Shown: one piece after another, positions 20,418 to 31,696 of the stretch
Numbering within the stretch: position 1 is the first letter of the stretch
Layout of the letters: each line of letters starts with the position of its first letter
Assembly: GCA_902586435.1 (NCBI GenBank)
Contig: CACIHJ010000004.1
Span: 3,875-67,874 of the forward strand
Source of the DNA: an uncultured Bacteroidota bacterium
GTDB taxonomy: Bacteria; Bacteroidota; Bacteroidia; Flavobacteriales; Flavobacteriaceae
DNA length: 64,000 nucleotides
Reading direction: 5' to 3'
Translations under genes and position numbers: made by a program
The notes under the pieces: generated by a model
Told to the model about the DNA's origin: nothing
The model's database searches: none
Seen by the model: the letters and a program-made list of their open reading frames with translations, nothing else

Positions 20418-21641
20418 ATGAGAATCAAAGTCGTAGTTTCTGTTTTAAGCATTCTATTAAGCGCTTGTTCTAACTTTGACATAGCAGAAAAAAAAGAAAA
20501 GCCTATAGAGTATAAATATGGATACAATATAGACCAGTATATTTTTGAAGAGAAAAAGATAAAGTCTGGAGATACTTTTGGTGATATATTAGAGGGTGTT
20601 GGGATTGATTATCCAGAGATATATGAGGCTCTTCAAAAAACAAAGGGAGATGTAAATTTTAAAAAACTTCAAATTGGAAAACCTTATACTTTAATTTTCT
20701 CAAAAGACACATTAAGATCACTGAAAGCATTTGTATATCATCCATCAGTTGAAGGATATTCATTTATCCAATTAAAAGATAGTGTATTTGGGGAAACTAT
20801 TGTTAAGCCAAAGTCATATAAAGAAATGGAAGCCTCTGGTATAATTGACAATTCCTTATACCTTACGCTTGAGGAACAGAATATGAATCCCCTGTTGACA
20901 TATTATTTATCAGATATCTACGCTTGGACAATTGATTTCTTTAGACTAGAAAAGGGAGATAGGTTCAAGGTAATTTATACAGAAAGTTTTGTTGATGATA
21001 CTATTTCTGTTGGAATCTCAAGAATTAAGGCAGCATATTTTCTTCATAGAGGAAATGAACAATATGCCTTTGAATATGAAACGGATTCGATTAAAGGAAT
21101 TGTTGAATACCTTGATCAAGATGCTAAGAATCTTAGAAGAGCTTTTTTGCAGTCACCCATAAAGTTTGGAAGAGTTTCATCCAGATATAATTTGAGACGG
21201 AGAATTGCATACTATGGTAATCGGATTAGACCTCATAAGGGAACTGATTTTGCCGCCCCTGTTGGTACTCCAATTTTGTCTACTGCTAATGGGGTGATTG
21301 TAAAGTCATCATACACAAGAGCAAATGGGCGATATGTAACCGTTAAGCACAATAACACCTATTCGACTCAATACTTGCATATGCAAAAAAGTAATGTTAG
21401 GGCTGGGCAACAAGTAGAGCAAGGAGATGTCATTGGATGGGTTGGAATGACAGGAAATACATCTGGTCCTCATGTCTGTTATAGGTTTTGGAAAAATGGT
21501 TTACAGGTTGACCCTTTTAAACAAAAGTTGCCTGAAGCAAAACCAGTTAGTGAATCATTAAAAAAACAGTATTTTAGAGACATAAGTTTAGTAAGAAGTC
21601 AGCTTGATTCAATTAAAATTAAAACTAAAAGTTCTATATAA
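20418..21641 (+). CDS. M23 family metallopeptidase (lipoprotein)
   Basis: HKGTDFAAPVGTPI and GNTSGPHV motifs. Confidence 0.85.
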   Translation: MRIKVVVSVLSILLSACSNFDIAEKKEKPIEYKYGYNIDQYIFEEKKIKSGDTFGDILEGVGIDYPEIYEALQKTKGDVNFKKLQIGKPYTLIFSKDTLRSLKAFVYHPSVEGYSFIQLKDSVFGETIVKPKSYKEMEASGIIDNSLYLTLEEQNMNPLLTYYLSDIYAWTIDFFRLEKGDRFKVIYTESFVDDTISVGISRIKAAYFLHRGNEQYAFEYETDSIKGIVEYLDQDAKNLRRAFLQSPIKFGRVSSRYNLRRRIAYYGNRIRPHKGTDFAAPVGTPILSTANGVIVKSSYTRANGRYVTVKHNNTYSTQYLHMQKSNVRAGQQVEQGDVIGWVGMTGNTSGPHVCYRFWKNGLQVDPFKQKLPEAKPVSESLKKQYFRDISLVRSQLDSIKIKTKSSI

Positions 21642-23197
21642 TGCCTTTAAATAAGCTAGATCCATCAAAATTAAATTCATGGAAGGAACTAGGCTCTCGA
21701 TTCAAGAATGAGAACTCAATAACTATTGAAGAGCTTATGGAAGAGCCAAATAGGTTGGATAATTTTTCTATTGAATGGGAAGAATTTATTTTAGATTTCA
21801 GCAAAAATAGGATAAGTAAAGGGACGCTAGATCAATTAGTCAATTTATGTAATGAAAGTAAATTAAAAAATAATATTGAAAGTTATTTTAAAGGCGATAT
21901 AATAAATGAAACCGAAAAAAGATCAGTTCTCCATACAGCTTTAAGGTCTCAAAAACACGAATCTAATGAGATTAGTCAAATAGTAAATGAGTTAAGAGAA
22001 CAAATCATAAATACAGCTGATAAAATAAATAGTGGGGATAGAGTTGGTTATTCTGGAAAAAAATTCACTGATGTAGTGAATATAGGAATTGGCGGATCTC
22101 ATTTAGGACAAGAAATGGTAGTAGAGGCTCTTTCTTTTTGTTCTAAGGGCATAACACCACATTTTATATCCAACATCGATCCTGATTATACTTCACAGGT
22201 ATTAGAAAAGCTCGATCCAGAAACTACACTTTTTATTGTAGTTTCAAAGAGTTTTAAAACTATTGAGACTATTGAAAACGCAAAAAAAAGTAAAGAATGG
22301 TTCATTTCAGAATCAAAAGGTCAAAATATTAGAGATCATTTTATTGGAATCTCTAATAATACTTCTGCAGCTAAAGAATTTGGAATTAATAAGGACAGTG
22401 TATTTCCAATTCCAGAATGGGTAGGAGGCAGATTTTCTTTATGGGGATCTGCAGGCTTAATAATTGCTATATCAATTGGTTCAGAAAATTATAGAGAATT
22501 GTTAAATGGTGCTAATAGTATGGATAAGCATTTTAGAGAAAGTGATTTTGAAAATAATATGCCCGTATTATTAGCTTTAATAAGTATTTGGTATAATAAC
22601 TTTTTTAAGTGTGAGACAGAAGCAATAATTCCTTATAGTGAAGTGCTAAACAAATTGCCAAAGTATTTGCAGCAAGCTAGTATGGAAAGCAATGGAAAGT
22701 CAACAGACAGAAATAGCGAAAAAGTTAATTATGAGACTGGAGGAATTATATGGGGAGCATCAGGAACTAATGCACAACATTCTTTTTTTCAACTACTTCA
22801 TCAGGGGACAAAGTTAATCCCTTGTGATTTTATCGCTTTTCAAAAACCACATTCAAAAGATCTAGAACAGCACAAAATTCTTATTGCAAATTGCCTAGCT
22901 CAAACAAATGCATTAATGTCAGGACAAAAAAAAGAAGGAGCACATAAATATATTGAAGGAAATAAGCCTTCCAATTCATTATTTATCAACAGCTTAACAC
23001 CTTATAATTTAGGTGCATTAATTGCTATGTATGAGAACAAGATATTCACCGTGGGATCAATTCTCAATATATTTAGTTTTGACCAATGGGGTGTTGAGCT
23101 AGGAAAATCAATAGCTAAAGGAATCCTCAATGGAGATTCAGATTTTCTAGATATCTCTACAAAAAATCTCTTAACGAAATATAATCAGGAGAAATAA
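21641..23197 (+). CDS. pgi: Glucose-6-phosphate isomerase
   Basis: IGIGGSHLG, SKSFKTIET and QQASMESNGK motifs. Confidence 0.9.
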   Translation: MPLNKLDPSKLNSWKELGSRFKNENSITIEELMEEPNRLDNFSIEWEEFILDFSKNRISKGTLDQLVNLCNESKLKNNIESYFKGDIINETEKRSVLHTALRSQKHESNEISQIVNELREQIINTADKINSGDRVGYSGKKFTDVVNIGIGGSHLGQEMVVEALSFCSKGITPHFISNIDPDYTSQVLEKLDPETTLFIVVSKSFKTIETIENAKKSKEWFISESKGQNIRDHFIGISNNTSAAKEFGINKDSVFPIPEWVGGRFSLWGSAGLIIAISIGSENYRELLNGANSMDKHFRESDFENNMPVLLALISIWYNNFFKCETEAIIPYSEVLNKLPKYLQQASMESNGKSTDRNSEKVNYETGGIIWGASGTNAQHSFFQLLHQGTKLIPCDFIAFQKPHSKDLEQHKILIANCLAQTNALMSGQKKEGAHKYIEGNKPSNSLFINSLTPYNLGALIAMYENKIFTVGSILNIFSFDQWGVELGKSIAKGILNGDSDFLDISTKNLLTKYNQEK

Positions 23198-23294
23198 CAC
23201 TCTTGTTAATTGTTAGTTGAAGATCTGTTAATATTTTCTTAACTCCTAATCGATCTAATAGTTATACTTTTATGCAAAATCAAAACAAATTAAT

Positions 23295-25805
23295 ATGAAA
23301 AAAAATTTTTTTCTTCTATTCGCGATGTTATGGACTCTAACCATATATTCGCAAGATGAAGCTGCACTTGATTCAATTGCTCTTGCGGAAGTTGTTGTTT
23401 CTTCAGGTGTAATCGATGTAGCTAAAGAGCGTGAAACACCAATTGCAGTTAGTACTATTACTGCTAGAGAAGTTCAATTAAAAGTTGGGAATATGGAATT
23501 CCCAGAAATTATGAATAAAACTCCTGGTGTCTATGCTACTAAACAAGGAGGAGGATACGGAGACTCTCGTATCTCACTTCGTGGATTTGACCAACGTAAT
23601 ACTTCTTTTCTTATTAATGGTCAACCTGTCAATGACATGGAAAACGGTTGGGTATACTGGTCGAACTGGGCTGGACTAACAGAAGTTGCTTCTGGTATAC
23701 AAATTCAAAGAGGTCTTGGAGCATCTAAACTAGCAGTTCCTTCTGTGGGAGGTACAGTGTCAATATTTACTAAAAGTGCTGAAAAAGCACAAGGTGGATC
23801 TTTCACTCAACTGCTTGGGAATGATGGCTATAGTAAAACAACAATGGCTTATAATACTGGGCTTAGCGAAGATGGATGGTCAACATCCATATTACTATCC
23901 AAATGGTCTGGAAATGGTTATATCTATAATACAAGTGGAGAAGGGACAACCTACTTTGCTGCTGTAGGATATGCTCCAGATGACTCAGATCACAAAATGA
24001 ATCTTTCGGTTTTGGGAGCTGGACAATGGCACCATCAAAGAGATGTTTGGGTTTCTATTAGGGATTATCAAAACTTTGGTGAAAAAGGTATAGATCAAAG
24101 ATGGAATTCTAACGGAGGTACAAGAAATGGCAAAGAATGGAGTATGAGAAGGAACTTCTATAATAAGCCTCTAGCTACTTTTAACTGGGATTGGAAAGTC
24201 AATGATATGATTGAAGTTAATACTTCTTTATATGCTTCTGCTGGAAGAGGTGGAGGAACAGGGCCAAGAGGTAGAGGGTATTATAATTCTACAACCGATA
24301 TTCTCCCATATAGAAAAGACCTTACTGAACACTATAATGAAAACGGTAGAGGTGCAAGAGACTCTGATGGATTTATAAATTTTGATGCAGTTGTTAATCA
24401 TAATGTTGCTAATACTTCAGGGTATACTGGAGATATTGGTCGTGGCGGTTATGCTGGGAAAAAAATTGGATCTAATTCTTACAGAGATGATGGAGTAAAT
24501 AGAGCTGTTGTTATAAGACGTGCTTCAATGAACTCTCATGATTGGGTTGGAGCTATTTCTAATTTTAATTATAGATCAGGAAATATGCGATATTCTTTTG
24601 GAATTGACTTGAGAAACTATACAGGATATCACTACAGAGTTCTAAATGATCTAATGGGTCTTGATGGATATCATGCTGGCGGTAATCGTAATACTGGCGG
24701 ACAAATCATTGAGACATTAGTTGAAGCTAATCCATTTAAAAACACAGGTATAAGAGGCCCAAAAATGGCTTATTATAATATAGGTAATGTTGGATGGAGA
24801 GGGCTAAATGCTCTTGCAGAGTATTCTGCAGATAATTTAAACTGGGTTATTCAAGCAGGGACATCTACTCAAACATATCAAAGAGATGATTACTTTGCTC
24901 AAGTTGGAAATCCAAATTCTGATGAAAAATCTGTTAATGGAGGATATATTAAAGGTGGTGCAAATTATAACTTTAATGAGAGATCAAATGCCTTTTTTAA
25001 TGTTGGATTAATTGAAAGACAGCCTAATTTTGATGCTGTTTTTCCAAATTATGCTAATAACATAAATCCCGATCTTCAAAATGAAGAAATTACTTCATTT
25101 GAGATTGGATATGGGTATATTGGAGATGCATTCAAACTTAACATAAATGCTTATTCAACTAACTGGGGGAATAGGTTTATATCAAGAGGGTTTTCTAATG
25201 CTCAAGGAGAAGATGGCACTGCTCAATTCAAGGATATTGATGTAAGTCATAAAGGTGTTGAGATTGAGGCTGATTGGAGACCTAATGTTTCTTCGAGAGT
25301 TAGAGGTATGTTATCTATTGGTGATTGGCGTTATACTAAAAACTTTAATGCTGAATTATTTGATGACAGTCAAAGATCTATTGGATCTGCAACATTATTC
25401 ACAAAAGATGCTAAAGTTGGAGATGCTGCTCAATTTGTAGCCTATCTTGGATATGAAAGAAGAATTGGAAGTAAACTAAATATAGACCTAGACTATAGAT
25501 TTGTAGATGGACTATATGCTGATTATAGTATTACAGATTCTGATTTTACAGACCCTAGTAACAAAGGTGCTTTGCAGCTTCCTTCGTATGGATTGGTTGA
25601 TTTTGGTGCAACATACTATATGAGTGGAAAAATGAGTATGAGGCTGAATATAAACAACCTGTTTAACACTGTTTATATTGCAGAGTCTAATTCGAATATT
25701 CATGCCGGTTCTGGTTCAGAGACATGGAATGGAATTGATACTAGAAACTACGTATGGTTTGGATTTGGAACAACTTGGAATATGTCTCTAAGATATAGGT
25801 TCTAG
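23295..25805 (+). CDS. TonB-dependent receptor
   Basis: Signal peptide, plug (ISLRGFDQRNTSFLINGQPVND), and a barrel ending in ...LRYRF. Confidence 0.85.
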   Translation: MKKNFFLLFAMLWTLTIYSQDEAALDSIALAEVVVSSGVIDVAKERETPIAVSTITAREVQLKVGNMEFPEIMNKTPGVYATKQGGGYGDSRISLRGFDQRNTSFLINGQPVNDMENGWVYWSNWAGLTEVASGIQIQRGLGASKLAVPSVGGTVSIFTKSAEKAQGGSFTQLLGNDGYSKTTMAYNTGLSEDGWSTSILLSKWSGNGYIYNTSGEGTTYFAAVGYAPDDSDHKMNLSVLGAGQWHHQRDVWVSIRDYQNFGEKGIDQRWNSNGGTRNGKEWSMRRNFYNKPLATFNWDWKVNDMIEVNTSLYASAGRGGGTGPRGRGYYNSTTDILPYRKDLTEHYNENGRGARDSDGFINFDAVVNHNVANTSGYTGDIGRGGYAGKKIGSNSYRDDGVNRAVVIRRASMNSHDWVGAISNFNYRSGNMRYSFGIDLRNYTGYHYRVLNDLMGLDGYHAGGNRNTGGQIIETLVEANPFKNTGIRGPKMAYYNIGNVGWRGLNALAEYSADNLNWVIQAGTSTQTYQRDDYFAQVGNPNSDEKSVNGGYIKGGANYNFNERSNAFFNVGLIERQPNFDAVFPNYANNINPDLQNEEITSFEIGYGYIGDAFKLNINAYSTNWGNRFISRGFSNAQGEDGTAQFKDIDVSHKGVEIEADWRPNVSSRVRGMLSIGDWRYTKNFNAELFDDSQRSIGSATLFTKDAKVGDAAQFVAYLGYERRIGSKLNIDLDYRFVDGLYADYSITDSDFTDPSNKGALQLPSYGLVDFGATYYMSGKMSMRLNINNLFNTVYIAESNSNIHAGSGSETWNGIDTRNYVWFGFGTTWNMSLRYRF

Positions 25806-25826
25806 ATCAAACAATTTGTTTTTGAT

Positions 25827-25854
25827 AAAAACCCTGCTTCGGCGGGGTTTTTTT
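25827..25854. terminator. Bidirectional rho-independent terminator between convergent genes
   Basis: CCCTGC (25832-37) / GCGGGG (25842-47) with loop TTCG. It is flanked by an A-run and a T-run, and the T-run overlaps the recJ stop codon. Confidence 0.85.
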
Positions 25855-27529
25855 ATTTAAAACCGATTGATTTTAAATTCAATTCTATTGATGGTGAATT
25901 ATTGAATGTATTCCTTGATATTGTATATAATATATCAAAAGGCTCATTATTATTTATTTGCTCATAATGCTCAGACATATTAAAACCAATAGCTAGAATT
26001 TCAAAATCCTGTGAATCTTTTATTTTAAATTTAATGTGAGATTTGTCTTTTCCCATTAATCTTAAATTACCAGCACCAAAACAATTATTAGTTCTAAAAA
26101 TTGGCTTATAGTTAGAAAGTCCAAAAGGAGACATTCTAGATAGTAAGTTAAAATTTGATTCATTAATATCAGAAAGGTTAATCTCAATATCATAGCTTAT
26201 TGTTTTAGTAAACATCTGATTTTGTATTGAATTCTTAACATAAGATTCAAAATGATCAATAAAGCTTTGAAGGTTTTCTTGTTTAATTGATAGTCCAGCA
26301 GCATATTTATGCCCTCCATATTGATCTAAATATTCTTTCCCTGAATCAATAGCATTGTAAAGGTCAAAGTTAGGGACTGATCTAGCTGAGCCAGTATATG
26401 TACCATCTTCAAGGGCTAAAACAATTGTTGGTTTATAAAATCTATCAACTAGTCTTGAAGCTACAATTCCCAGAACACCCTTGTTCCAATCATTTCCATA
26501 AACAACATTTGTAAATTTTAATGGGTCTGTTTTTTTAATAGCCTCTTCTGTAACTTCTTTTTCTTTAGCCCTTCGTAGTAAATTAATACTCTCGATTTCT
26601 TGAGCTATTTTATAAGCTTTATTGGGTTCATTTTCTGTCATTAGTTGTACCGAAATCATTCCGCTTTTCATTCTGCCTGAGGCATTAATTCGCGGTCCTA
26701 TGTTAAATGAAATATCAGATTCTATTATATCTCTGTTTATTGACCTGATAAAAAAATGAAATCCAGGTCTTGGATTTTTATTTAATACTTTAAGACCATG
26801 ATAAACTATTGCTCTATTTTCATTAATCATAGGCATTTGATCTGCAATAGTTGCAATTGCAACTAAATCAAGATATTGATTAACATCTTCATTCCCTCCC
26901 GTTTTCTTCTCAATTGCTGAAATTAATTTAAACCCAATCCCACATCCACACAGTCCTTTAAAAGGGTAATCACATTTATTTTGATTTGGATTAATTATAG
27001 AATAAGCTTTGGGTATATTAGTATCAGGGATATGGTGATCACAGATAATAACATCAATTCCCCGCGTGTTTGCAGATTCAATTTTATCATTTGCCTTAAT
27101 TCCGCAATCAATTGTAATGAGTAAAGAGACGTTATTTTCTTCTGCAAAGTCTATTGATTCATCAGAAACACCATATCCTTCTTTATATCTATCTGGAATA
27201 TAGAATATCGGATCAAGAGCTTTTTTCTTAAAGTAATTATATAGCATTGAAACAGATGTTGTGCCGTCAACATCATAGTCTCCAAGTATCATAATTTTTT
27301 CATTGGTCTCTATTGCTCGGGTTAACCTGTCTACGGTCTTATCCATATCTTTCATCAAAAAAGGATCATGTAGCTCATCTAAATTGGGCCTGAAATATGC
27401 CTGAGCTAATTTTAATGAATCAATGTTTCTTTGAAGTAAAAGTGTACAAATAAATTTAGGAATATTAAGTTTAGAATGAAGATCCTCTAATATCTCTTTA
27501 CCTGGTTGTTCCTTTATTTTCCAATTCAC
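25853..27529 (-). CDS. recJ: Single-stranded-DNA-specific exonuclease RecJ
   Basis: DHH motifs (GDYDVDGTTS, ITIDCG, ICDHH) and the DHHA1 motif GGHKYAAG. Confidence 0.9.
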   Translation of the reverse strand: MNWKIKEQPGKEILEDLHSKLNIPKFICTLLLQRNIDSLKLAQAYFRPNLDELHDPFLMKDMDKTVDRLTRAIETNEKIMILGDYDVDGTTSVSMLYNYFKKKALDPIFYIPDRYKEGYGVSDESIDFAEENNVSLLITIDCGIKANDKIESANTRGIDVIICDHHIPDTNIPKAYSIINPNQNKCDYPFKGLCGCGIGFKLISAIEKKTGGNEDVNQYLDLVAIATIADQMPMINENRAIVYHGLKVLNKNPRPGFHFFIRSINRDIIESDISFNIGPRINASGRMKSGMISVQLMTENEPNKAYKIAQEIESINLLRRAKEKEVTEEAIKKTDPLKFTNVVYGNDWNKGVLGIVASRLVDRFYKPTIVLALEDGTYTGSARSVPNFDLYNAIDSGKEYLDQYGGHKYAAGLSIKQENLQSFIDHFESYVKNSIQNQMFTKTISYDIEINLSDINESNFNLLSRMSPFGLSNYKPIFRTNNCFGAGNLRLMGKDKSHIKFKIKDSQDFEILAIGFNMSEHYEQINNNEPFDILYTISRNTFNNSPSIELNLKSIGFK

Positions 27530-27531
27530 TA

Positions 27532-28212
27532 TTACCCTAGTTTATCAATGCAAATTACAAATTCTCCTTTAGGGTTTTTATTTGAAAGATGAGCTATTGC
27601 ATCCTCTACAGTCCCTCTGTATGTTTCCTCATATATCTTAGATATTTCTCTTGACAAACTTATTCTGCGATCTGAACCAAAAAACTCTTTTAAATCTTGA
27701 AGTGTTTTTATCACCCTTAAAGGGGATTCGTATAATATCACAGTTCGTTTTTCAATAGCAAGCTCTTTTAGCCTGGAGTCTCTTCCTTTCTTTTTTGGTA
27801 AAAATCCCTCAAAAACAAATTTCTCAGATGGTAGGCCGCTCATAACAAGGGCCGGAATTAATGCAGTAGCTCCAGGTAAACATATTATTTCAATATTCTT
27901 CTTTATTGATTCACGTATTAGAAGAAATCCTGGGTCAGAGATGGACGGTGTTCCCGCATCTGAAACCAATGCTATTTTTTTTCCATCTACTAAACTTGAG
28001 ACATATAAATTAACCACTCTGTGTTCGTTATTAATATGGTAACTTTTGAGAGAAGTTGTAATTGAATGTTTCTTAAAAAGAATTTTTGATTTTCTAGTAT
28101 CCTCTGCTAAAATTAAATCAACATTTTTTAAAGTTTCTATCGCTCTATATGTAATGTCATCTAAATTCCCTATTGGCGTTGGGACAATAAATAGTTTTCC
28201 ATTATTTGTCAT
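27532..28212 (-). CDS. rsmI: 16S rRNA (cytidine1402-2'-O)-methyltransferase
   Basis: LFIVPTPIGNLDDITYRAIETL...LAEDTR. ATG at 28212 is preferred over the upstream TTG at 28239. Confidence 0.85.
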   Translation of the reverse strand: MTNNGKLFIVPTPIGNLDDITYRAIETLKNVDLILAEDTRKSKILFKKHSITTSLKSYHINNEHRVVNLYVSSLVDGKKIALVSDAGTPSISDPGFLLIRESIKKNIEIICLPGATALIPALVMSGLPSEKFVFEGFLPKKKGRDSRLKELAIEKRTVILYESPLRVIKTLQDLKEFFGSDRRISLSREISKIYEETYRGTVEDAIAHLSNKNPKGEFVICIDKLG

Positions 28213-28251
28213 TTGAATCCTTAGTATTTGTGTAACCAAATACTTTTTTGA

Positions 28252-28259
28252 TAAATTTG
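28252..28259 (+). promoter_or_regulatory. Candidate -7 box (TAnnTTTG)
   Basis: TAAATTTG lies 24 nt upstream of the tdk ATG. Confidence 0.3.
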
Positions 28260-28282
28260 TTTAACTCTTAGTAAAATACAAA

Positions 28283-28873
28283 ATGTTTTTAGAAAACTCC
28301 GTACATAGAAATAAACAATTTGGTTCTATAGAAGTAATCTGTGGCTCAATGTTTTCTGGTAAGACAGAAGAGTTAATCAGAAGGCTCAAAAGAGCAAAAA
28401 TTGCAAATCAAAAAATTCAGATTTTTAAACCCTCTTTAGACTCTAGAAATAATGAATATATAGAGTCCCATGATAAAAACAGGATAAAGTCACTCACAGT
28501 TAAGACATCTTATGATGTATATGATATTGGAAAAGATTTTGATGTTATTGGGATTGATGAGGTTCAATTTTTTGATGACGAAATTGTTTCTGTTTGTAAT
28601 TCGCTTGCAAACAATGGGGTAAGAGTAATAGCTGCTGGACTTGATATGGACTATTTGGGAAATCCATTTGGCCCAATGCCTAACCTTATGGCAATAGCAG
28701 AATATGTAACAAAAGTTCATGCAATATGTTCTAAAACTGGAAATATTGCTAACTATAGCTATAGAAAAAATAAAGAAGACTCAATAATACTAATAGGCGA
28801 AAAAGATGAATATGAAGCTCTGAGTAGAGAAATCTTTTATGAAAAAATGGATAGTAAAAACAAAAAAACATGA
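28283..28873 (+). CDS. tdk: Thymidine kinase
   Basis: P-loop GSMFSGKTEELI and IGIDEVQFF. Confidence 0.9.
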   Translation: MFLENSVHRNKQFGSIEVICGSMFSGKTEELIRRLKRAKIANQKIQIFKPSLDSRNNEYIESHDKNRIKSLTVKTSYDVYDIGKDFDVIGIDEVQFFDDEIVSVCNSLANNGVRVIAAGLDMDYLGNPFGPMPNLMAIAEYVTKVHAICSKTGNIANYSYRKNKEDSIILIGEKDEYEALSREIFYEKMDSKNKKT

Positions 28874-29859
28874 AAATAGCTGTGGTTGGTGCTACGGGAT
28901 TGGTTGGTAGGGTAATGCTAAAGCTGCTAGAGGATAGAAAGTTTCCTTTAGATGATTTAATTCCAGTTGCCTCAAAGAATTCAATAGGACAATCTATTAG
29001 TTTTAAAGATAAAAGTTATCCTGTAGTTTCCATGGAAGAAGCAATAAAATTAAAACCTGCAATTGCCCTTTTTTCAGCTGGTGGATCAATATCATTAGAA
29101 TGGGCCCCAAAATTTGCAGAAAATGGAACAAAAGTCATAGATAACTCCTCTGCATGGAGAATGGATTCAAGCAAGAAGTTAATTGTACCTGAAATAAATG
29201 CAGATGCCTTGGAAAAGGATGATATGATCATAGCAAACCCAAACTGCTCAACTATCCAAATGGTTGTTGCTCTTGGCCCTTTACATAAAAAATATAATAT
29301 AAAAAGGTTAGTTATTTCTACATACCAATCTGTTTCAGGAACAGGGAAAGATGCTGTAGATCAACTTAGCAAAGAGACCAATGAGGATTTTACTGAGAAG
29401 GTTTATCCATACCAAATATACCAAAATCTTTTACCTCATTGTGATGTTTTTGAAGAAGACGGGTATACAAAAGAAGAAATTAAATTAATGAAGGAGACCA
29501 GAAAAATATTAGATGATGATTCTATTAAGATAACTTCAACTGCAGTTAGAGTTCCTATTGAAAAATGTCATGGAGAATCTATAAACCTAGAATTTTATAA
29601 TGAATTTCAGCTAGAAGATATTATCAAAACTTTAGGAGGCTCCCCTGGACTTAAAGTTATGGATGATATAAATAATAATTTATATCCAATGCCAATAGTA
29701 GCGGCAAATAATGATGAGGTATATGTGGGTCGAATAAGGAGAGACCATAGTGTTGAAAATGGTCTAAACCTGTGGATTGTATCTGATAATCTTCGTAAAG
29801 GAGCAGCAACAAACACTATCCAAATTGCCGAAACTCTTATTGAAAAAGGCCTATTATAG
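28870..29859 (+). CDS. asd: Aspartate-semialdehyde dehydrogenase
   Basis: VGATGLVG and active-site IANPNCSTIQ. ATGA overlap with tdk. Confidence 0.9.
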   Translation: MKIAVVGATGLVGRVMLKLLEDRKFPLDDLIPVASKNSIGQSISFKDKSYPVVSMEEAIKLKPAIALFSAGGSISLEWAPKFAENGTKVIDNSSAWRMDSSKKLIVPEINADALEKDDMIIANPNCSTIQMVVALGPLHKKYNIKRLVISTYQSVSGTGKDAVDQLSKETNEDFTEKVYPYQIYQNLLPHCDVFEEDGYTKEEIKLMKETRKILDDDSIKITSTAVRVPIEKCHGESINLEFYNEFQLEDIIKTLGGSPGLKVMDDINNNLYPMPIVAANNDEVYVGRIRRDHSVENGLNLWIVSDNLRKGAATNTIQIAETLIEKGLL

Positions 29860-29860
29860 G

Positions 29861-31195
29861 TTACATTTCAAATGTATCCATAAATTTAGTGGTGTATTTA
29901 CCCGAAAGAAATTTAGGATGTGCCATAACTTTTTGATGAAAAGGAATTGTGGTTTTTACCCCCTCAATTAGAAATTCATCCAATGCACGTTGCATTTTAT
30001 TAATAGCTTCTTCTCTTGTCTGAGCTGTAGTAATTAATTTTGCAATCATTGAATCATAATGGGGTGGAATTATATATCCACTATACACATGTGTGTCTAT
30101 TCTTATTCCATGTCCTCCTGGAAGGTGTAGATTCAGAATTCTTCCTGGGTTGGGCATAAAGTCATTAAAAGGATCTTCTGCATTAATTCTACATTCAATA
30201 GAACAAAGATTAGGGAAATAGTTTTTACCTGATATGGCCTCTCCATTTGCAATCTTGATTTGTTCCCTAATTAAGTCATAGTCTATTACCTGCTCAGTTA
30301 TAGGGTGTTCTACTTGAATTCTAGTATTCATTTCCATGAAGTAAAACTTTCTGTTTTTATCTACCAGGAACTCTATAGTTCCTGCCCCTTCATATTTGAC
30401 TGCTTTTGCTGCTTTAACAGCTGCCTCCCCCATTTCATTTCTTAGTTTTTCTGTCATAAAAGGCGAGGGCGTTTCTTCAATTAATTTTTGATGTCTTCTT
30501 TGAATTGAACAGTCTCTCTCTGATAAGTGCGCTGCCTCTCCTTTTGAGTCTCCAATAATTTGTATTTCAATGTGTCTTGGATTCTCAATAAACTTTTCAA
30601 TATACATATCATCATTATCAAAGGATGCTTTAGATTCTTGACGGGCATCTTCCCAAGCTTTCAATAAGTCTTTTGCCTTTGGGACAATCCTCATTCCTTT
30701 TCCTCCTCCTCCTGCAGTTGCTTTTAACATAATAGGGTATCCTATTTTTTGAGCAATTTTTTGTGCATCTTCTAGGCTATCCACAATCCCTTCAGATCCA
30801 GGTATTGTTGGAACTCCAGCTTTTTTCATTGTTGCTTTTGCTGAAGCCTTATCTCCCATCTTATCAATCATTTCTGGAGAAGCCCCAATAAATTTTATTT
30901 TATGCTCTTGGCATATTTTTGAAAATTTGCTGTTTTCAGATAAAAAACCATATCCTGGATGAATAGCATCTGCATTTGTAATTTCAGCAGCTGCAATAAT
31001 ATTAGCACTTTTTAAATATGATTCTGCACTACTAGCAGGGCCAATACAAACCGCCTCGTCTGCAAACCGAACATGAAGGCTTTCCTCATCAGCTTTTGAA
31101 TATACGGCAACAGTCTGAATACCCATCTCCTTACAAGTCCTTATAAGGCGCATTGCTATTTCTCCTCTATTAGCTATTAAAATCTTTTTAAACAT
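29861..31195 (-). CDS. accC: Acetyl-CoA carboxylase, biotin carboxylase subunit
   Basis: [14 protein letters not shown] and the ATP-grasp motif GGGGKGMR. Confidence 0.95.
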   Translation of the reverse strand: MFKKILIANRGEIAMRLIRTCKEMGIQTVAVYSKADEESLHVRFADEAVCIGPASSAESYLKSANIIAAAEITNADAIHPGYGFLSENSKFSKICQEHKIKFIGASPEMIDKMGDKASAKATMKKAGVPTIPGSEGIVDSLEDAQKIAQKIGYPIMLKATAGGGGKGMRIVPKAKDLLKAWEDARQESKASFDNDDMYIEKFIENPRHIEIQIIGDSKGEAAHLSERDCSIQRRHQKLIEETPSPFMTEKLRNEMGEAAVKAAKAVKYEGAGTIEFLVDKNRKFYFMEMNTRIQVEHPITEQVIDYDLIREQIKIANGEAISGKNYFPNLCSIECRINAEDPFNDFMPNPGRILNLHLPGGHGIRIDTHVYSGYIIPPHYDSMIAKLITTAQTREEAINKMQRALDEFLIEGVKTTIPFHQKVMAHPKFLSGKYTTKFMDTFEM

Positions 31196-31204
31196 TATAA
31201 CTCT

Positions 31205-31684
31205 TTAGGAAGGATCAATAATAAATAATGGTTGATCAAATTCAACAGGAGACTGATCATCAACTAAAATTTTAACAATCTTGCCCGAAACTTCTGATTC
31301 AATCTCATTAAACAGTTTCATTGCTTCAATAACGCATAAGACATCTCCTTCAGCTACAGACTTCCCTACATCAGTAAAAACATCTTTATCAGGTGCTGGC
31401 TTTCTATAAAATGTCCCTATCATTGGAGCCTTAATTATTATATGATTTTTATTCTCCAGCACAACTTCATTTTCATCTACTGTGTCGTCCTGAACAGGAT
31501 CTTCTTTAATCACTTCTGGTTGGACAATTTGATTAGCTTTAGTTCCTTCTACAATAATTTGTTGAGGAGGATTTTTAACTCCCGTTCTAATTGTGAGTTT
31601 AAACTTTTCTCTTTCAATCTTGACTTCCTCGACTCCTGATTTTGAGACAAATTTTATTAAGTTTTGTATTTCTTTAATATCCAT
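31205..31684 (-). CDS. accB: Biotin carboxyl carrier protein
   Basis: Biotinylation motif CVIEAMKLFNEI. Confidence 0.9.
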   Translation of the reverse strand: MDIKEIQNLIKFVSKSGVEEVKIEREKFKLTIRTGVKNPPQQIIVEGTKANQIVQPEVIKEDPVQDDTVDENEVVLENKNHIIIKAPMIGTFYRKPAPDKDVFTDVGKSVAEGDVLCVIEAMKLFNEIESEVSGKIVKILVDDQSPVEFDQPLFIIDPS

Positions 31685-31696
31685 AATATTAATATT